Assembly: GCA_965214405.1 (NCBI GenBank)
Contig: OZ243956.1
Coordinates: 2,848,001-2,912,000, forward strand
Length of the DNA stretch: 64,000 nucleotides
Origin: Trueperaceae bacterium
Lineage (GTDB): Bacteria; Deinococcota; Deinococci; Deinococcales; Trueperaceae
Reading direction: 5' to 3'
Below are positions 9,494-21,046 of the stretch, piece after piece (within the stretch, counting starts at the first letter, position 1; every line of letters begins with the position of its first letter). A program made the position numbers and the translations under genes. The notes beneath the pieces were generated by a model that was not told where the DNA came from, did not search any database, and was given only the letters and a program-made list of their open reading frames with translations.

Positions 9494-11638
9494 ATGAACA
9501 AACTGACCAAACGTTTTGCAGCCTTTTTGTGTTTGCTTCTTACGCTTACCGCCTGCGGCCTTTTTGGCCCGACCGAGCCAGACCGCGAGTCCCCCACCGT
9601 CACTCAGGTATCGCCTGAGAAAGGAGCGACTGACGTCTCGCTCAGTGCGTCCGCCGTCGCCACGCTTGACCTCGTCAACGGTGGCAACATCGACAGGGCT
9701 ACGGTCACCTCGAGCACCGTCAGGCTCGTGAGTAGCGACGGGACGCAGGTACCCGCCTCGGTTTCGGCGACCGCCAACGACACCATCACGCTCGAGCCCG
9801 ACAACCTGCTCGCACCCAACGCACAGTACCGTTTCGAAGTAACCAGCGGCGTCGAAGACTCTATGGGTGCGCCGGTCAAGCCCCATACAAGCACCTTTAC
9901 AACGGGCACCACAAACAGCCCCAAACAGCCCATAGTCGAAAGCTCGGACCCCGCGGACGGTGCGACGGATGTTTTCCGCGACGTGGGCATCAAGACCAGC
10001 CTTAATCTTCCGGGTGGCGGGGTAGACCCGGAAACGCTCACTTCCGCCAACGTCAGGTTGGTCAAGGTGGCTACCGGCACCCAGATCGCTGCGAGCCTCG
10101 GGACGTCGGGCGGCAACGACGTGATCACGCTTTCGCCGACTAATTTGCTCGAGGCCAACACCGAATACCGTTTTCAGGTCACGAGCGGCGTCAAGGATTT
10201 AGACGGTGTGTCGTTTGTTCCGTACACGGCCACGTTTACGACGGGAAACAAAACCCGCAACGTGAGCGTCGTGGCGTTCACGCCTACCACCGTGGTGACG
10301 GGTACGGACAAACACACCTCGCTGGTGATAGGTCCCGACGGCAAACTCTATGCGACCACCGTCGACGGGCGCATCAAGCGTTTTACGATCCAGGCGGACG
10401 GAACGCTCGGCACCCCCCAGGTGATCACCTCGCTGCAAAAGGCGGAAAACGGCCCGCGTCTCCTTATCGGGTTTGCTTTTGACCCCAGCGCGACGGCCAA
10501 CAACCTCGTCGTCTGGGTGAGCCACACCTTTGCTGGCTTTGACAACGTCAACAACCGCAAGCCCTGGAGCGGCAAGATCACGCGCCTGAGCGGTCCCAAC
10601 TTAGAAAACGTGCAAGACGTTGTGGTCGGCTTGCCCCGCTCCACCAAAGACCACGCGACCAACTCGGTAGCCTTTGGTCCCGACGGCGCGCTCTACTTTA
10701 ACCAGGGCGCAAATACCGCGATGGGCGCGCCCGACCAAACCTGGCAATGGCAACCCGAGCGCCTGCTCAACGCCGCTATTCTCCGCCTCGACACCAGCAT
10801 GATCGCCTCGCTACCCCTTAACGCCAAGACGGAAGACGGCGGCACCTATAATCCCTTTGCTGCGAACGCGCCCCTAACTATTTATGGTCGCGGGGTTCGC
10901 AACGCTTACGACCTGGTGTGGCACTCCAACGGTCAACTTTACGCCCCGGCCAACGGTTCGGCAGCCGGTGGCAATATACCGCGTTACGACCCCCTCCCCG
11001 GCACGTGTGAGACGAGGCCCGGAGGAGGCTACGCCGGGCCGAAGCTCACCGCCACGGACGCTGTGAATGCTGAATATCTCGGCCCAACCAGCAATCCTCC
11101 CGAGGACCGCACCGACGGCTGGAGAATTACCACGACGCAAAACGACTGGCTCTTCCGCGTGGTCAAGGATGGCTACTACGGACATCCCAATCCCAAGCGT
11201 TGCGAGTGGATTTTGAACGGGGGTAACACCTCGAGCAGTGGCCCCGCTCAGGTAAGCCAGTACCCAAGCGGCACGCCCGCCGATCCCAACTACAGAGGTT
11301 TCAGCTTCGATTTTGGGGTCAGCAAGTCGCCCAATGGGGCTATCGAGTATAAGAGCAACACCTTTGGCGGTCAGCTCAAGGGTAAGCTGCTGGTTCTTCA
11401 GTACAGCACCGGCAACGACATTCTCGTGCTCACGCCCGGCAGCGCGAGTCAGAACTACGACATCATCGACACCCCCCTGAACGTGCCAAGCCTCAAAGAC
11501 GCGAATACGGGTGATCCCCTTCTGTTCATTGACCCCCTCGACCTGGTTGAAAACCCCGCCAACGGCGACATCTACGTGTCGGACTTTGACGAAGAAGGCA
11601 CCAATCCGACGATTGTGCTGTTGCGTCCGGCAAACTAG
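9494..11638 (+). CDS. Lipoprotein with two Big_5 Ig-like domains and a PQQ-dependent sugar dehydrogenase-like (GSDH) beta-propeller
   Basis: Lipobox LTAC; repeats SPEKGATDV...LAPNAQYRFEVTSGV; propeller motifs GPDGKLY, DHATNSVAFGPDGALY, GVRNAYDL, YYGHP. Confidence 0.75.
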   Translation: MNKLTKRFAAFLCLLLTLTACGLFGPTEPDRESPTVTQVSPEKGATDVSLSASAVATLDLVNGGNIDRATVTSSTVRLVSSDGTQVPASVSATANDTITLEPDNLLAPNAQYRFEVTSGVEDSMGAPVKPHTSTFTTGTTNSPKQPIVESSDPADGATDVFRDVGIKTSLNLPGGGVDPETLTSANVRLVKVATGTQIAASLGTSGGNDVITLSPTNLLEANTEYRFQVTSGVKDLDGVSFVPYTATFTTGNKTRNVSVVAFTPTTVVTGTDKHTSLVIGPDGKLYATTVDGRIKRFTIQADGTLGTPQVITSLQKAENGPRLLIGFAFDPSATANNLVVWVSHTFAGFDNVNNRKPWSGKITRLSGPNLENVQDVVVGLPRSTKDHATNSVAFGPDGALYFNQGANTAMGAPDQTWQWQPERLLNAAILRLDTSMIASLPLNAKTEDGGTYNPFAANAPLTIYGRGVRNAYDLVWHSNGQLYAPANGSAAGGNIPRYDPLPGTCETRPGGGYAGPKLTATDAVNAEYLGPTSNPPEDRTDGWRITTTQNDWLFRVVKDGYYGHPNPKRCEWILNGGNTSSSGPAQVSQYPSGTPADPNYRGFSFDFGVSKSPNGAIEYKSNTFGGQLKGKLLVLQYSTGNDILVLTPGSASQNYDIIDTPLNVPSLKDANTGDPLLFIDPLDLVENPANGDIYVSDFDEEGTNPTIVLLRPAN

Positions 11639-11664
11639 CCACCCACCAAACCTCTTGCAGTTCG

Positions 11665-11689
11665 GTCAGGCTCCTTTAAGGGGCCTGAC
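11665..11689 (+). terminator. Hairpin after the lipoprotein operon
   Basis: GTCAGGCTCC-TTTAA-GGGGCCTGAC. Confidence 0.55.
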
Positions 11690-11829
11690 TCTGTTTCGGC
11701 TAATCTTATAGAAGCCTCGAGCCCACCTTTACTTAGCGCCTCCCCGCAGGGTATAGTGACGCTTGGTGACCATGACGGGCGCTGCACCGGGTTAGTGTGA
11801 TTCTTGCTCGTCTTGTGTACCGGCTACGT

Positions 11830-11914
11830 GCCGAGATGGCGGAATCGGTAGACGCAGTAGACTCAAAATCTACCGGGGCAACCTGTGCGGGTTCGAGTCC
11901 CGCTCTCGGCACCA
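11830..11914 (+). tRNA. tRNA-Leu (anticodon CAA)
   Basis: Acceptor stem GCCGAGA/TCTCGGC, anticodon arm GTAGA-CT-CAA-AA-TCTAC, long variable arm, GTTCGAG T-loop, encoded ACCA end. Confidence 0.97.
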
Positions 11915-11919
11915 CTTTA

Positions 11920-11965
11920 TAGCAGGTATCATCTGGTCTGATGTAGCAGGTATCATCTGGTCTGA
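11920..11965. repeat. 22-bp exact direct repeat (24-bp period) just downstream of tRNA-Leu
   Basis: TAGCAGGTATCATCTGGTCTGA at 11920-11941 and 11944-11965. Confidence 0.9.
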
Positions 11966-12095
11966 GACAAATTTAGTCTGCGAGTTGTCGCCCGTACCAT
12001 AGTTCAGGGGATGATATCTGCGCTGATGGATTTGGTAGTGATGAAAACCGCTGTAGACTAATTTTCGTACGCTAGAACCATGCTGGAGGCAACGC

Positions 12096-12335
12096 GTGTT
12101 TTTCCTTTTTTGGCTTGTATTCGTTCTTTTCATCCTTTTGTCGGGTCTTCTCACCGCGATCATCCTTATGCAAGAGCCCAAACAGGGCGGCCTGGGTGAG
12201 GGCTTGGGCGGCGGGGGCGGTCAGGAGTTTGGCGGCGCGAGGGGCACCGCAGGGGGGCTTCACCGCCTGACGGTCTGGGGCGGGATTATCTGGGGTTTGC
12301 TGGCGCTCGCGTTGGCGGTGCTGCCGAGGGCCTAG
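12096..12335 (+). CDS. secG: Preprotein translocase subunit SecG
   Basis: ILMQEPKQGGLG...FGG...LHRLT, two TM helices, GGAGG RBS; next to a tRNA-Leu. Confidence 0.92.
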   Translation: MFFLFWLVFVLFILLSGLLTAIILMQEPKQGGLGEGLGGGGGQEFGGARGTAGGLHRLTVWGGIIWGLLALALAVLPRA

Positions 12336-12358
12336 GCTCGTCAAGCTGGACCAAAGAG

Positions 12359-12393
12359 AACGCGTCGCGGCTAGAAGCTGCGGTGCGTTTTTT
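12359..12393 (+). terminator. Intrinsic terminator after secG
   Basis: AACGCGTCGCGGC-TAGAA-GCTGCGGTGCGTT followed by a T-tract. Confidence 0.65.
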
Positions 12394-12878
12394 CCTCTCT
12401 ACACATGTTTAGAAGAAACGTCTTTACATGAGAACCTCACAAAGAAGACGACTTTTTGTGCAGAGTGTCCGAGACGGGCGTAACTATCCTGGTGGTCACG
12501 CAGGGCAGCCGCGACGTTGAATGCATGTTTGGGCAGTAAGGGCAGCTCTGCACAAAAACCCCAGGAAAAAGAAGGCGTTCTGTTCAAAGCTGGAAGAAAC
12601 CTGAAAATGAACATTTCTTCAGAAGGCCGAACCACTTTGCTCACTGGTGTGGTTATACTAATAGGGTGCAGACATTCAGAATTTACAGGGTGCCGCCGGG
12701 ATGTTTTCTACCTGGGAGCTTGCCTTGTGGGGCGGCGCTGGAAAGCGGGGTGTGCTTGATTTTTTGGCCTTAGCAAGTTAGCCTAAAGTGCGACATCTTA
12801 TAGTTCGCAACGACGTCACCCGAGGCTCCGGTTAAGACCGCGGCTTGGGACGCGTCAAAATTCTTAGGAGGTAATTAG

Positions 12879-14672
12879 ATGAAGAGAATCCTTTTGAGCT
12901 TCGTTCTCGCTACGTTTGTGGGGCTGGCCGCCGCACAGACCGAGACGGACGTTTTCACGTGGCCGGAGGCGTACGCGCCGAGCGCGCCGCAGGGCGGCAC
13001 CATTGAGGAGACCGCCTTTGGTGATATCACTACGCTGAACCCGTACTTGACCTCGAGCGCCACCGAAACCGTTATCTTGGGCATGTACGCGGGTCCAGGC
13101 ATTATTTACCGCGACTGGGTGGATAACCGCACCTTCAAAGACGCAGACGGTAACTACAACCTGTACTTCGCAAGCAACATCGAAGAAGTTCAGCCGGAGC
13201 AGGAGTTTGTCATTACGCTAAAGCAAGGCTGGAAGTGGTCGGACGGCACTGAGATGACCGCCGACGACGCCATCGCCGCGCGCACCATCCTCGGTGACCC
13301 AGAGGTTGAGGCGAACGCTTTTGCCTGCTCTGTCGTGGACGAAGAGCCTGTTGTTTACGAAAAAATTGACACTTACCAGTACAGGATCACCCTGCCTAAG
13401 CAGCAGGTTAACGCCCTCGCCAGCCAAGACTGCGGCATTATGCCCGCGCATATCTTTATGCCCGTGTATGATGCCAGCGGCGCTGAGGGTATCAAGGCGA
13501 TGTGGGGTGTTGATACCGACCCCAGCGAAATTGTTTCGGGTGGCCCCTATATGCTAACCGAATTCCGTCAGGGTGAGCGCATCGTGTTGGCGAAAAATCC
13601 CACCTACGGCGAGCAAGTCCAGGCTGCCAACGGCGATCCCATTCCCGGCCCCGACCAATGGGTTGTCACCTTTGCGGCAGACCGTAACGCGCAGTTGGGT
13701 CTTGTCACGACGGGTCAGTCCGATATGTACTACCCGACCACGGTAGACGAACTGCGCGCCGTGCAGGAGGCTGTTCAGAACGGCGCGATTCAGGGCGAGC
13801 TTTACGCCAATATCGGCCCCGGCTCCTACACCGACTACCTGTTCTACAACTTCAACAACACCGACGAGTGCAAGGCCAACATGTTCCGCGAACCGGCCTT
13901 CCGCCAGGCGATCAACGTCATGATTGACCGTCAGGCGCTCATCAACGCCGCGCTGGGTGGTCTCGGGGTGGCTGGCTACGACTACAACACGGCGGCCTCG
14001 GCTCCCTTTGACGCTTCGTTCTTAGAGCCCTTCGAATTCAACCCCGAGCGCGGTGTTGAACTCCTCAACTCGATTGGCTTTACCGAAACGGGCAGCGACG
14101 GCGTGCTGATGAACCCCGACACGGGCTGCCGCGTCGAGTTTGACGTTCAGTTCAACTCGGGCAACAACCGCCGCGCCCAAGAAGCGCTGGTCATGTCGCA
14201 AACGATGGCCCCTTACGGCGTGCAGGTTAACCCTCAGGAAGTCTCTGTAGAAATCTGGGGTGACTCCTGGTCCGGCACAGAACTGCCCCGCGCTCACGAC
14301 TTCGACGCCCAGATTGGTGCGCTTGTGGGTGGCGACGTGGATAACCCCTCAGGTATCAACGTCTTCCGCTTGGCATCTAACCTCAACGGTTGGAACAAGA
14401 GCACGACCGACGTGGCCCCCTGGGAAATCCTGCTCGACCGCCTTACCGTTCAGATGAACGACACGATTGACTTAGATGAACGCGTTCAGGTTTACAACGA
14501 GCGCGCCGAGCTGATGCGCGAGTACCTGCCCCTCACGCCGCTCATCTCGCCGTCCTTTAGCCTCTACGAAAATATGGGCAACATCTGGCCCGAAGAGGCG
14601 CTGGACTCTAACTCTATCCAGGATCCCTATCGTCCCGGCAACTTCCGCGAAAACCTTATCGTCGCCCAGTAA
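12879..14672 (+). CDS. oppA: Peptide/oligosaccharide ABC transporter substrate-binding protein (family 5)
   Basis: Signal peptide; LKQGWKWSDG..TADD, GGPYML, FRQAINVMIDRQ; first gene of the ABC operon. Confidence 0.88.
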   Translation: MKRILLSFVLATFVGLAAAQTETDVFTWPEAYAPSAPQGGTIEETAFGDITTLNPYLTSSATETVILGMYAGPGIIYRDWVDNRTFKDADGNYNLYFASNIEEVQPEQEFVITLKQGWKWSDGTEMTADDAIAARTILGDPEVEANAFACSVVDEEPVVYEKIDTYQYRITLPKQQVNALASQDCGIMPAHIFMPVYDASGAEGIKAMWGVDTDPSEIVSGGPYMLTEFRQGERIVLAKNPTYGEQVQAANGDPIPGPDQWVVTFAADRNAQLGLVTTGQSDMYYPTTVDELRAVQEAVQNGAIQGELYANIGPGSYTDYLFYNFNNTDECKANMFREPAFRQAINVMIDRQALINAALGGLGVAGYDYNTAASAPFDASFLEPFEFNPERGVELLNSIGFTETGSDGVLMNPDTGCRVEFDVQFNSGNNRRAQEALVMSQTMAPYGVQVNPQEVSVEIWGDSWSGTELPRAHDFDAQIGALVGGDVDNPSGINVFRLASNLNGWNKSTTDVAPWEILLDRLTVQMNDTIDLDERVQVYNERAELMREYLPLTPLISPSFSLYENMGNIWPEEALDSNSIQDPYRPGNFRENLIVAQ

Positions 14673-14683
14673 CAAGGTGCTGC

Positions 14684-14720
14684 ACGGGGAACTCTGGCTC
14701 ATCCAGAGTTCCCCGTTTTT
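14684..14720 (+). terminator. Strong hairpin with T-tract between the SBP and permease genes
   Basis: ACGGGGAACTCTGG-CTCAT-CCAGAGTTCCCCGT-TTTT. Confidence 0.85.
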
Positions 14721-14888
14721 CAAATATCTCCACCGGCTAGCAAATTTTGCGACCCTCGTATCATGCCCCTATACACCACCTATGTCGAGCTGCTGTCAAC
14801 GCAACGTCAACGTAGCGCGAATTTATCGTGTTCGTCTTTGGTTTTAGTGTAAGCTTACGTATAAGTTTACTTTTCTCTGGAGAAGACC

Positions 14889-15869
14889 GTGACTGCATAT
14901 ATTGTAAAACGCTTTATCAACCTCATCCCTACCTTTATCTTAGCGACTTTTTTGGCCTGGGCGGTCATTGAGTGGGCACCCGGCGACTTCGCTAGTAGGT
15001 TTACTTTTGACTTAGTAGACCCCAATAAAGCCGAGCGCATTCGCGAACTTTTGGGGCTCAACCAACCCTGGTGGCTGCGCTATTTTTACTGGCTGCGCAA
15101 CGTGGTCCTGCATTTTGACTTCGGCACTAGCATGGTTAGCAAGGGCGACGTGACTAACCTCATCATTCCTCGCATGACGAACAGCTTTATTTTGCTTCTT
15201 CCCGCGACAATTGTCACTTACCTCATCGCTATTCCCATCGGCGTTTACTCAGCGTTGCGCAAGTATTCGCTCGGTGACAGGGTGTTGACGGTGTTTAGCC
15301 TCATAGGGCTGGCGGTTCCCAACTTCTTTTTGGCGCTCATCGCGGTGGCGCTGATGGTGCAGTATTTTCAGGCGAACAACAGCTTTCTTTTTCCCATTGG
15401 CGGGATGACCTCGACCAACTTTAGTTCGTTGAGCCCGTGGGGGCAGCTTGTTGATATAGGCTGGCACCTCGTGCTGCCGCTCTTGGTGGTGGCGCTTTCG
15501 AGCCTGTCTTTCACCACCCGGATTATGCGCGGGGAAATGCTCGAGGTCTTGGGGCAAGATTACATCCGCACCGCTCGCGCCAAGGGGCTTTCAGAGCGAA
15601 AAGTCAACTACAAGCACGCCTTTCGCAACGCTATTATCATTATTGTAGCAACGATTGGTGGCATCTTGCCGGGACTGATCAGCGGGGCCGGGACGGTCGA
15701 ATACGTGACGCGCTGGCCGGGCATCACGCCGCTCTTTATTTCTTCGATTTACGCGCAAGACCAGTACGTGGTGATGGCATTTCTTACCATTCTGGTCGTG
15801 TTGCTGATGGTGGGTAACCTCGTTTCGGACTTGGCGATTGCCTTTATCGACCCAAGGATTCGGTACTAG
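14889..15869 (+). CDS. oppB: Peptide ABC transporter permease
   Basis: DYIRTARAKGL...KHAFRNA EAA loop. Confidence 0.9.
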   Translation: MTAYIVKRFINLIPTFILATFLAWAVIEWAPGDFASRFTFDLVDPNKAERIRELLGLNQPWWLRYFYWLRNVVLHFDFGTSMVSKGDVTNLIIPRMTNSFILLLPATIVTYLIAIPIGVYSALRKYSLGDRVLTVFSLIGLAVPNFFLALIAVALMVQYFQANNSFLFPIGGMTSTNFSSLSPWGQLVDIGWHLVLPLLVVALSSLSFTTRIMRGEMLEVLGQDYIRTARAKGLSERKVNYKHAFRNAIIIIVATIGGILPGLISGAGTVEYVTRWPGITPLFISSIYAQDQYVVMAFLTILVVLLMVGNLVSDLAIAFIDPRIRY

Positions 15870-15870
15870 C

Positions 15871-17088
15871 GTGGACGCGCAAGCACCTCGTTCTGGTGCT
15901 CCCGAAGAAACGACCAAAGCCGCGCCCGAAGCGCGGGGGGCGAGTCTTACCAGCCTCGCCTGGACGCAGTTTCGCAAACACCCGCTCGCGCGCCTCGCGC
16001 TGAGCGTGCTCGGGGTGCTCTACCTCGTGGCCGCGTTCGCGGACTTTATCGCGCCCTATCCCGAGACGTATATCAACTCTTACGCGACCTTTCAGCCGCC
16101 CGTCCAGATCCACTTTCGCAACGAGAGCGGGCGTTTCGTCCGCCCCTACATCTACGCGATGGACAAGACGCTCAACATGGAAACGTTCCAAAACGAGTGG
16201 ACGGTGGACACCTCGACCACGTATCCGGTGTCGTTTTTCGCCAACCGCGAAGGCATTCGCAACCGCTACGTGCCCTTTCCCGTCAACCTGATTCCGGTGC
16301 AGCTTAGGCAAGCTATTGGCATCAAGCCGTGGGCGACGCGGCACCTTTTTGGGCTCGAGGGCAACGCGCCCCAGAACGTCAACCTTTACCTTTGGGGTTC
16401 GGACGACGTCGGCGGGGATATTTTCGGCAAAATCTTGTTCGGCGCGCGCATCAGCCTGACCATCGGCATTCTTGCCGCCTTTGTGTCTATCTTTATTGGG
16501 CTTGCTATGGGCGGCCTGGCAGGGTTCTATGGCGGCTGGGTGGACGAGGTTATCTTGCGCTTTGTCGAGGCGCTTTCCGCGATTCCCTCTTTGTTTCTGC
16601 TCATCGCGCTTTCCGCGGTGTTTTACCCGCTCAACCTACCCACCTCAACCGTGTTTATCTTGGTCGTCATCGTGCTCTCGGTCATCGGCTGGGGCGACGT
16701 GGCGCGGGCGGTGCGTAGCCGGGTGCTCTCGCTCCGCGAGCAGGAGTTCTCTTTTGCCGCAATGGCTTTGGGTGCCAGCAACTCCCGCATCATCTTTCAA
16801 CACTTGTTGCCCCAGACGGTAAGTTACATCATCATCTACGCGAGTCTCGCCATCCCGAGTTTTATTATTGTCGAGTCGGTGCTCTCGTTTTTCGGCTTAG
16901 GGATTCAGCCGCCCGCGACGAGTTGGGGCCTGATGCTCAGCACCGCGCAGAGTTTTGCGGGGGTGTCGGGATTGGGTGACCGCTGGTGGGTGTTTATTCC
17001 GGGGGCGTTCATCTTCGTTTCCGTGTTGGCCTGGAACCTCTTGGGTGACGGGTTGCGTGACGCTTTTGATCCTAGAAGCCGTGACTGA
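15871..17088 (+). CDS. oppC: Peptide ABC transporter permease
   Basis: GARISLTIG, AMALGASNSRIIFQHLLP, GDGLRDAFDP; GTG 15871 chosen as start. Confidence 0.9.
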   Translation: MDAQAPRSGAPEETTKAAPEARGASLTSLAWTQFRKHPLARLALSVLGVLYLVAAFADFIAPYPETYINSYATFQPPVQIHFRNESGRFVRPYIYAMDKTLNMETFQNEWTVDTSTTYPVSFFANREGIRNRYVPFPVNLIPVQLRQAIGIKPWATRHLFGLEGNAPQNVNLYLWGSDDVGGDIFGKILFGARISLTIGILAAFVSIFIGLAMGGLAGFYGGWVDEVILRFVEALSAIPSLFLLIALSAVFYPLNLPTSTVFILVVIVLSVIGWGDVARAVRSRVLSLREQEFSFAAMALGASNSRIIFQHLLPQTVSYIIIYASLAIPSFIIVESVLSFFGLGIQPPATSWGLMLSTAQSFAGVSGLGDRWWVFIPGAFIFVSVLAWNLLGDGLRDAFDPRSRD

Positions 17089-17236
17089 TGAGGGCCGTGG
17101 GTGGGGGCTCGAGCAGACCGACACAAAGCCGCCTGCGCCTACCACCGTAACCCCTTAACCTTTTTCGGACGTCACATCTGTAATATTTGCCGCTGTCAGT
17201 AAAATATCAGGTACAATGGTTTTATGAGGAGTCAGA

Positions 17237-18243
<1,007 letters not shown>

Positions 18244-18247
<4 letters not shown>

Positions 18248-19296
18248 CGGCCCCCAACACAACTCCAGACACAGCCCCCAAGGTAACGGTCTCTCCCCAG
18301 CGGGGCGTCGACAAACGCGCCAGCGCCAAGGGCGACTATCTTTTAGAGATTAAAAACCTGCGTAAATACTTTCCCATCCGCGGCGGCGTGTTCTCGCAGG
18401 TCGTGGGCAACGTCAAGGCGGTCGAGGACGTTTCTTTCACCATCAAACCCGGTGAAGTGGTGGGTTTGGTGGGCGAGTCGGGCTCGGGCAAGACGACCGC
18501 CGGGCGGACCATCCTGCGCCTTTTAGAGCCCACCGCGGGCGAGATTATTTTTGACGGGGTGGACGTTGCCAAACTTTCCAAGTCGCAGATGCGTGAATAC
18601 CGCAAAGAGATGCAGATCATCTTTCAGGACCCTTTCGCGTCCTTGAACCCGCGGATGACCGTCGGCGACATTATCGGTGAGGCGTTCCAGATTCACAACC
18701 TGGCGCGTGGGCGAGAGCGTGAGGAGAGGGTGGCGGATCTGCTCGAGCGCGTCGGCCTGTCGTCCTCGCACATGCGCCGCTACCCGCACGAGTTCTCGGG
18801 CGGTCAGCGCCAGCGTATCGGCATCGCCAGGGCGCTCGCCGTGGACCCGCAGTTCATCGTCGCCGACGAGCCCGTGTCCGCGCTCGACGTGTCGATTCAG
18901 GCGCAGGTCGTCAACTTGCTCCAGGACCTCAAGGAAGAACTGGGCTTAACCCTGCTTTTTATCGCGCACGATTTGGGCGTGGTCGAGTACATCTCGGACA
19001 AGGTCATCGTCATGTACTTGGGCCGCATCATGGAGGTCGCGCCCGCCAAGGAACTCTACGCGAACCCCGTTCATCCCTACACCGAGGCGCTGCTGTCGGC
19101 GGTGCCCATCCCCGACCCCACCGTCAAGCGCGAACGCGTGATTCTTCAGGGCGACATCCCCAGCCCCATCAACCCGCCCTCGGGCTGCGTGTTCCGCACC
19201 CGCTGCCCGCTGGCGATTGACGAGTGCGCCAAGGTGGTGCCGCCCTTGGAAGAGACCACCCCCGGTCACTTCAAGGCGTGTATTCGGAGGCCGTAG
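18244..19296 (+). CDS. oppF: Peptide ABC transporter ATP-binding protein
   Basis: [28 protein letters not shown]. Confidence 0.95.
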
Positions 19297-19337
19297 AAGG
19301 GCATTTCCTGACCTATCCAGTTTTTGAATCACTGTAA

Positions 19338-19364
19338 CGATGCTGCGCGTGCGGCATCGTTTTG
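19338..19364 (+). terminator. Terminator after the ABC operon
   Basis: AACGATGCTGC-GCGT-GCGGCATCGTT-TT. Confidence 0.65.
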
Positions 19365-19432
19365 TGTGGTGCGTTCTAAAAGGGGACTGTTGCGAGGCTC
19401 GAGCCTTCCCCCAAACGCTTATTTCTTACGCT

Positions 19433-19639
19433 CTATTTCTTACGCCGCGGTGCCCAATAGAAGCTGGGGCGGCCATTACGAAAGTAGAAGTGCAAGCCAA
19501 ACGGTAACCGAAACGTTTTGGTAAACCCTTGCGTCCCGGCGCTCGTGTACCCGCCCTTTTTGTCATAAAAACCGATGTTGATGCCCCGGCGGCTAATCTC
19601 TAAAAATCTCCGCTTGCCGATGGGAATGCGGATGTACAT
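19433..19639 (-). CDS. Small basic beta-rich protein (DUF4236-like)
   Basis: AGGAGG RBS before MYIRIPIGKRR; LEISRRGINIG resembles the DUF4236 pattern. Confidence 0.55.
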   Translation of the reverse strand: MYIRIPIGKRRFLEISRRGINIGFYDKKGGYTSAGTQGFTKTFRLPFGLHFYFRNGRPSFYWAPRRKK

Positions 19640-19668
19640 GGTGCCTCCTGTCAACTGCATCATGAAAC

Positions 19669-19700
19669 GTGGGCTGGCTCAGTGATAGAAGCCAGCCCAC
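19669..19700. terminator. Hairpin downstream of hslU
   Basis: GTGGGCTGGCT...AGCCAGCCCAC. Confidence 0.6.
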
Positions 19701-19726
19701 ATAACGTATAAACCCCTAAGCCCGAC

Positions 19727-21046
19727 CTAAAGGACGTAGCGGCTCAAGTCTTCATCTTCGACGATGTCCTCGAGCTTGCGCCTCACATAGTCGCCGTCAA
19801 TCGTCACGGTGCCCAAGTTCGTGCCAAAAGACACGTCCTCCAACACCGTCTCCAGCACCGTGTGCAGCCTGCGCGCGCCGATGTCCTCGACCTCACTGTT
19901 GACGCGCTCGCTATATTCGGCGACCGCGACGATGCCCGTTTCGTCAAACTGGACGTGCGTCCCGTCGACCGCCAGGAGTTCGGTGTACTGCTTGGTGAGC
20001 GAGTGCTGCGGCTGGGTGAGGATACGCTGGAAATCCGAGGCGGTGAGTTCTTCCAACTCGACCCGGATGGGAAAGCGGCCCTGAAGTTCGGGGATGAGGT
20101 CGGAGGGCTTGGACACGTTGAACGCGCCCGCCGCGATAAAGAGCACGTGGTCGGTTTTGACCTGACCGTAACGGGTGTTGACCTGCGTGCCCTCGACGAC
20201 GGGCAAGAGGTCACGTTGGACGCCCTCGCCGGAAACGTCCGCGCCGCTCGAGTTGTCGTTCCCCGCCACCTTGTCGAGTTCGTCCAAAAAGACGATACCC
20301 GAGTTTTCGGCGCGGAAGATGGCCTCGTTGGAGACCTCGTCGCGGTCTACGAGCTTGTCGGCCTCCTCGCTTTGCAGGGCCTTACGCGCCTCGCGGACGC
20401 TCGTCTTGCGGCGCACGCGCTTTTTGGGCATGAAGTTCGAGAGCATGTCCTGAATGTTCGCGCCCATCTCCTCCATGCCGGGCATCATCATGGGGCTCGG
20501 GCGCTCGTCCTTGACTTCGATTTCGATGGGTCGCTCTTCCAATTTACCCGCGCGTAGAAGCTCGCGCATCTTATCGCGGCCCTCTTGCGTCCCGCCGGGC
20601 AGGAGGTAGTCGAGCAGGCGCTCCTCGGCGTTGTGCGCGGCGCGGTCCTGGACGCGCTCGAGCTTTTCCGCCTCGACCATCACGTAAGCCGCCTGCGCCA
20701 AGTCGCGGACGATGGACTCGACGTCGCGCCCGACGTAGCCGACCTCGGTAAACTTCGTCGCCTCGACCTTGATGAAGGGCGCTTTCGCCATCCGCGCGAG
20801 CCGCCGCGCGATTTCGGTTTTGCCAACGCCCGTGGGGCCAATCATCAGGATGTTTTTGGGCGTGACTTCCCGTTGAATCTCCTCGGGCAACTTGCGGCGG
20901 CGGTAGTGGTTACGCAGGGCCACCGCCACCGCGCGTTTGGCCTTGCTCTGGCCGATAATGTGCTTGTCGAGCTCGGCGACGATTTCTAGGGGTGTCAGGT
21001 CGAGCATGGGGCTGTCTTTGGGTGTTTGTACAAGGGTCTGACTCAT
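19727..21046 (-). CDS. hslU: ATP-dependent protease ATPase subunit HslU
   Basis: [39 protein letters not shown]. Confidence 0.97.
   Translation of the reverse strand: MSQTLVQTPKDSPMLDLTPLEIVAELDKHIIGQSKAKRAVAVALRNHYRRRKLPEEIQREVTPKNILMIGPTGVGKTEIARRLARMAKAPFIKVEATKFTEVGYVGRDVESIVRDLAQAAYVMVEAEKLERVQDRAAHNAEERLLDYLLPGGTQEGRDKMRELLRAGKLEERPIEIEVKDERPSPMMMPGMEEMGANIQDMLSNFMPKKRVRRKTSVREARKALQSEEADKLVDRDEVSNEAIFRAENSGIVFLDELDKVAGNDNSSGADVSGEGVQRDLLPVVEGTQVNTRYGQVKTDHVLFIAAGAFNVSKPSDLIPELQGRFPIRVELEELTASDFQRILTQPQHSLTKQYTELLAVDGTHVQFDETGIVAVAEYSERVNSEVEDIGARRLHTVLETVLEDVSFGTNLGTVTIDGDYVRRKLEDIVEDEDLSRYVL

Noticed and set aside
11920..11965. CRISPR array
   Set aside because: Only two copies with a 2-bp gap; no spacers and no cas genes.
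12399..12759. Short ORFs in the secG-oppA spacer
   Set aside because: No RBS, atypical composition and no motifs; treated as non-coding.
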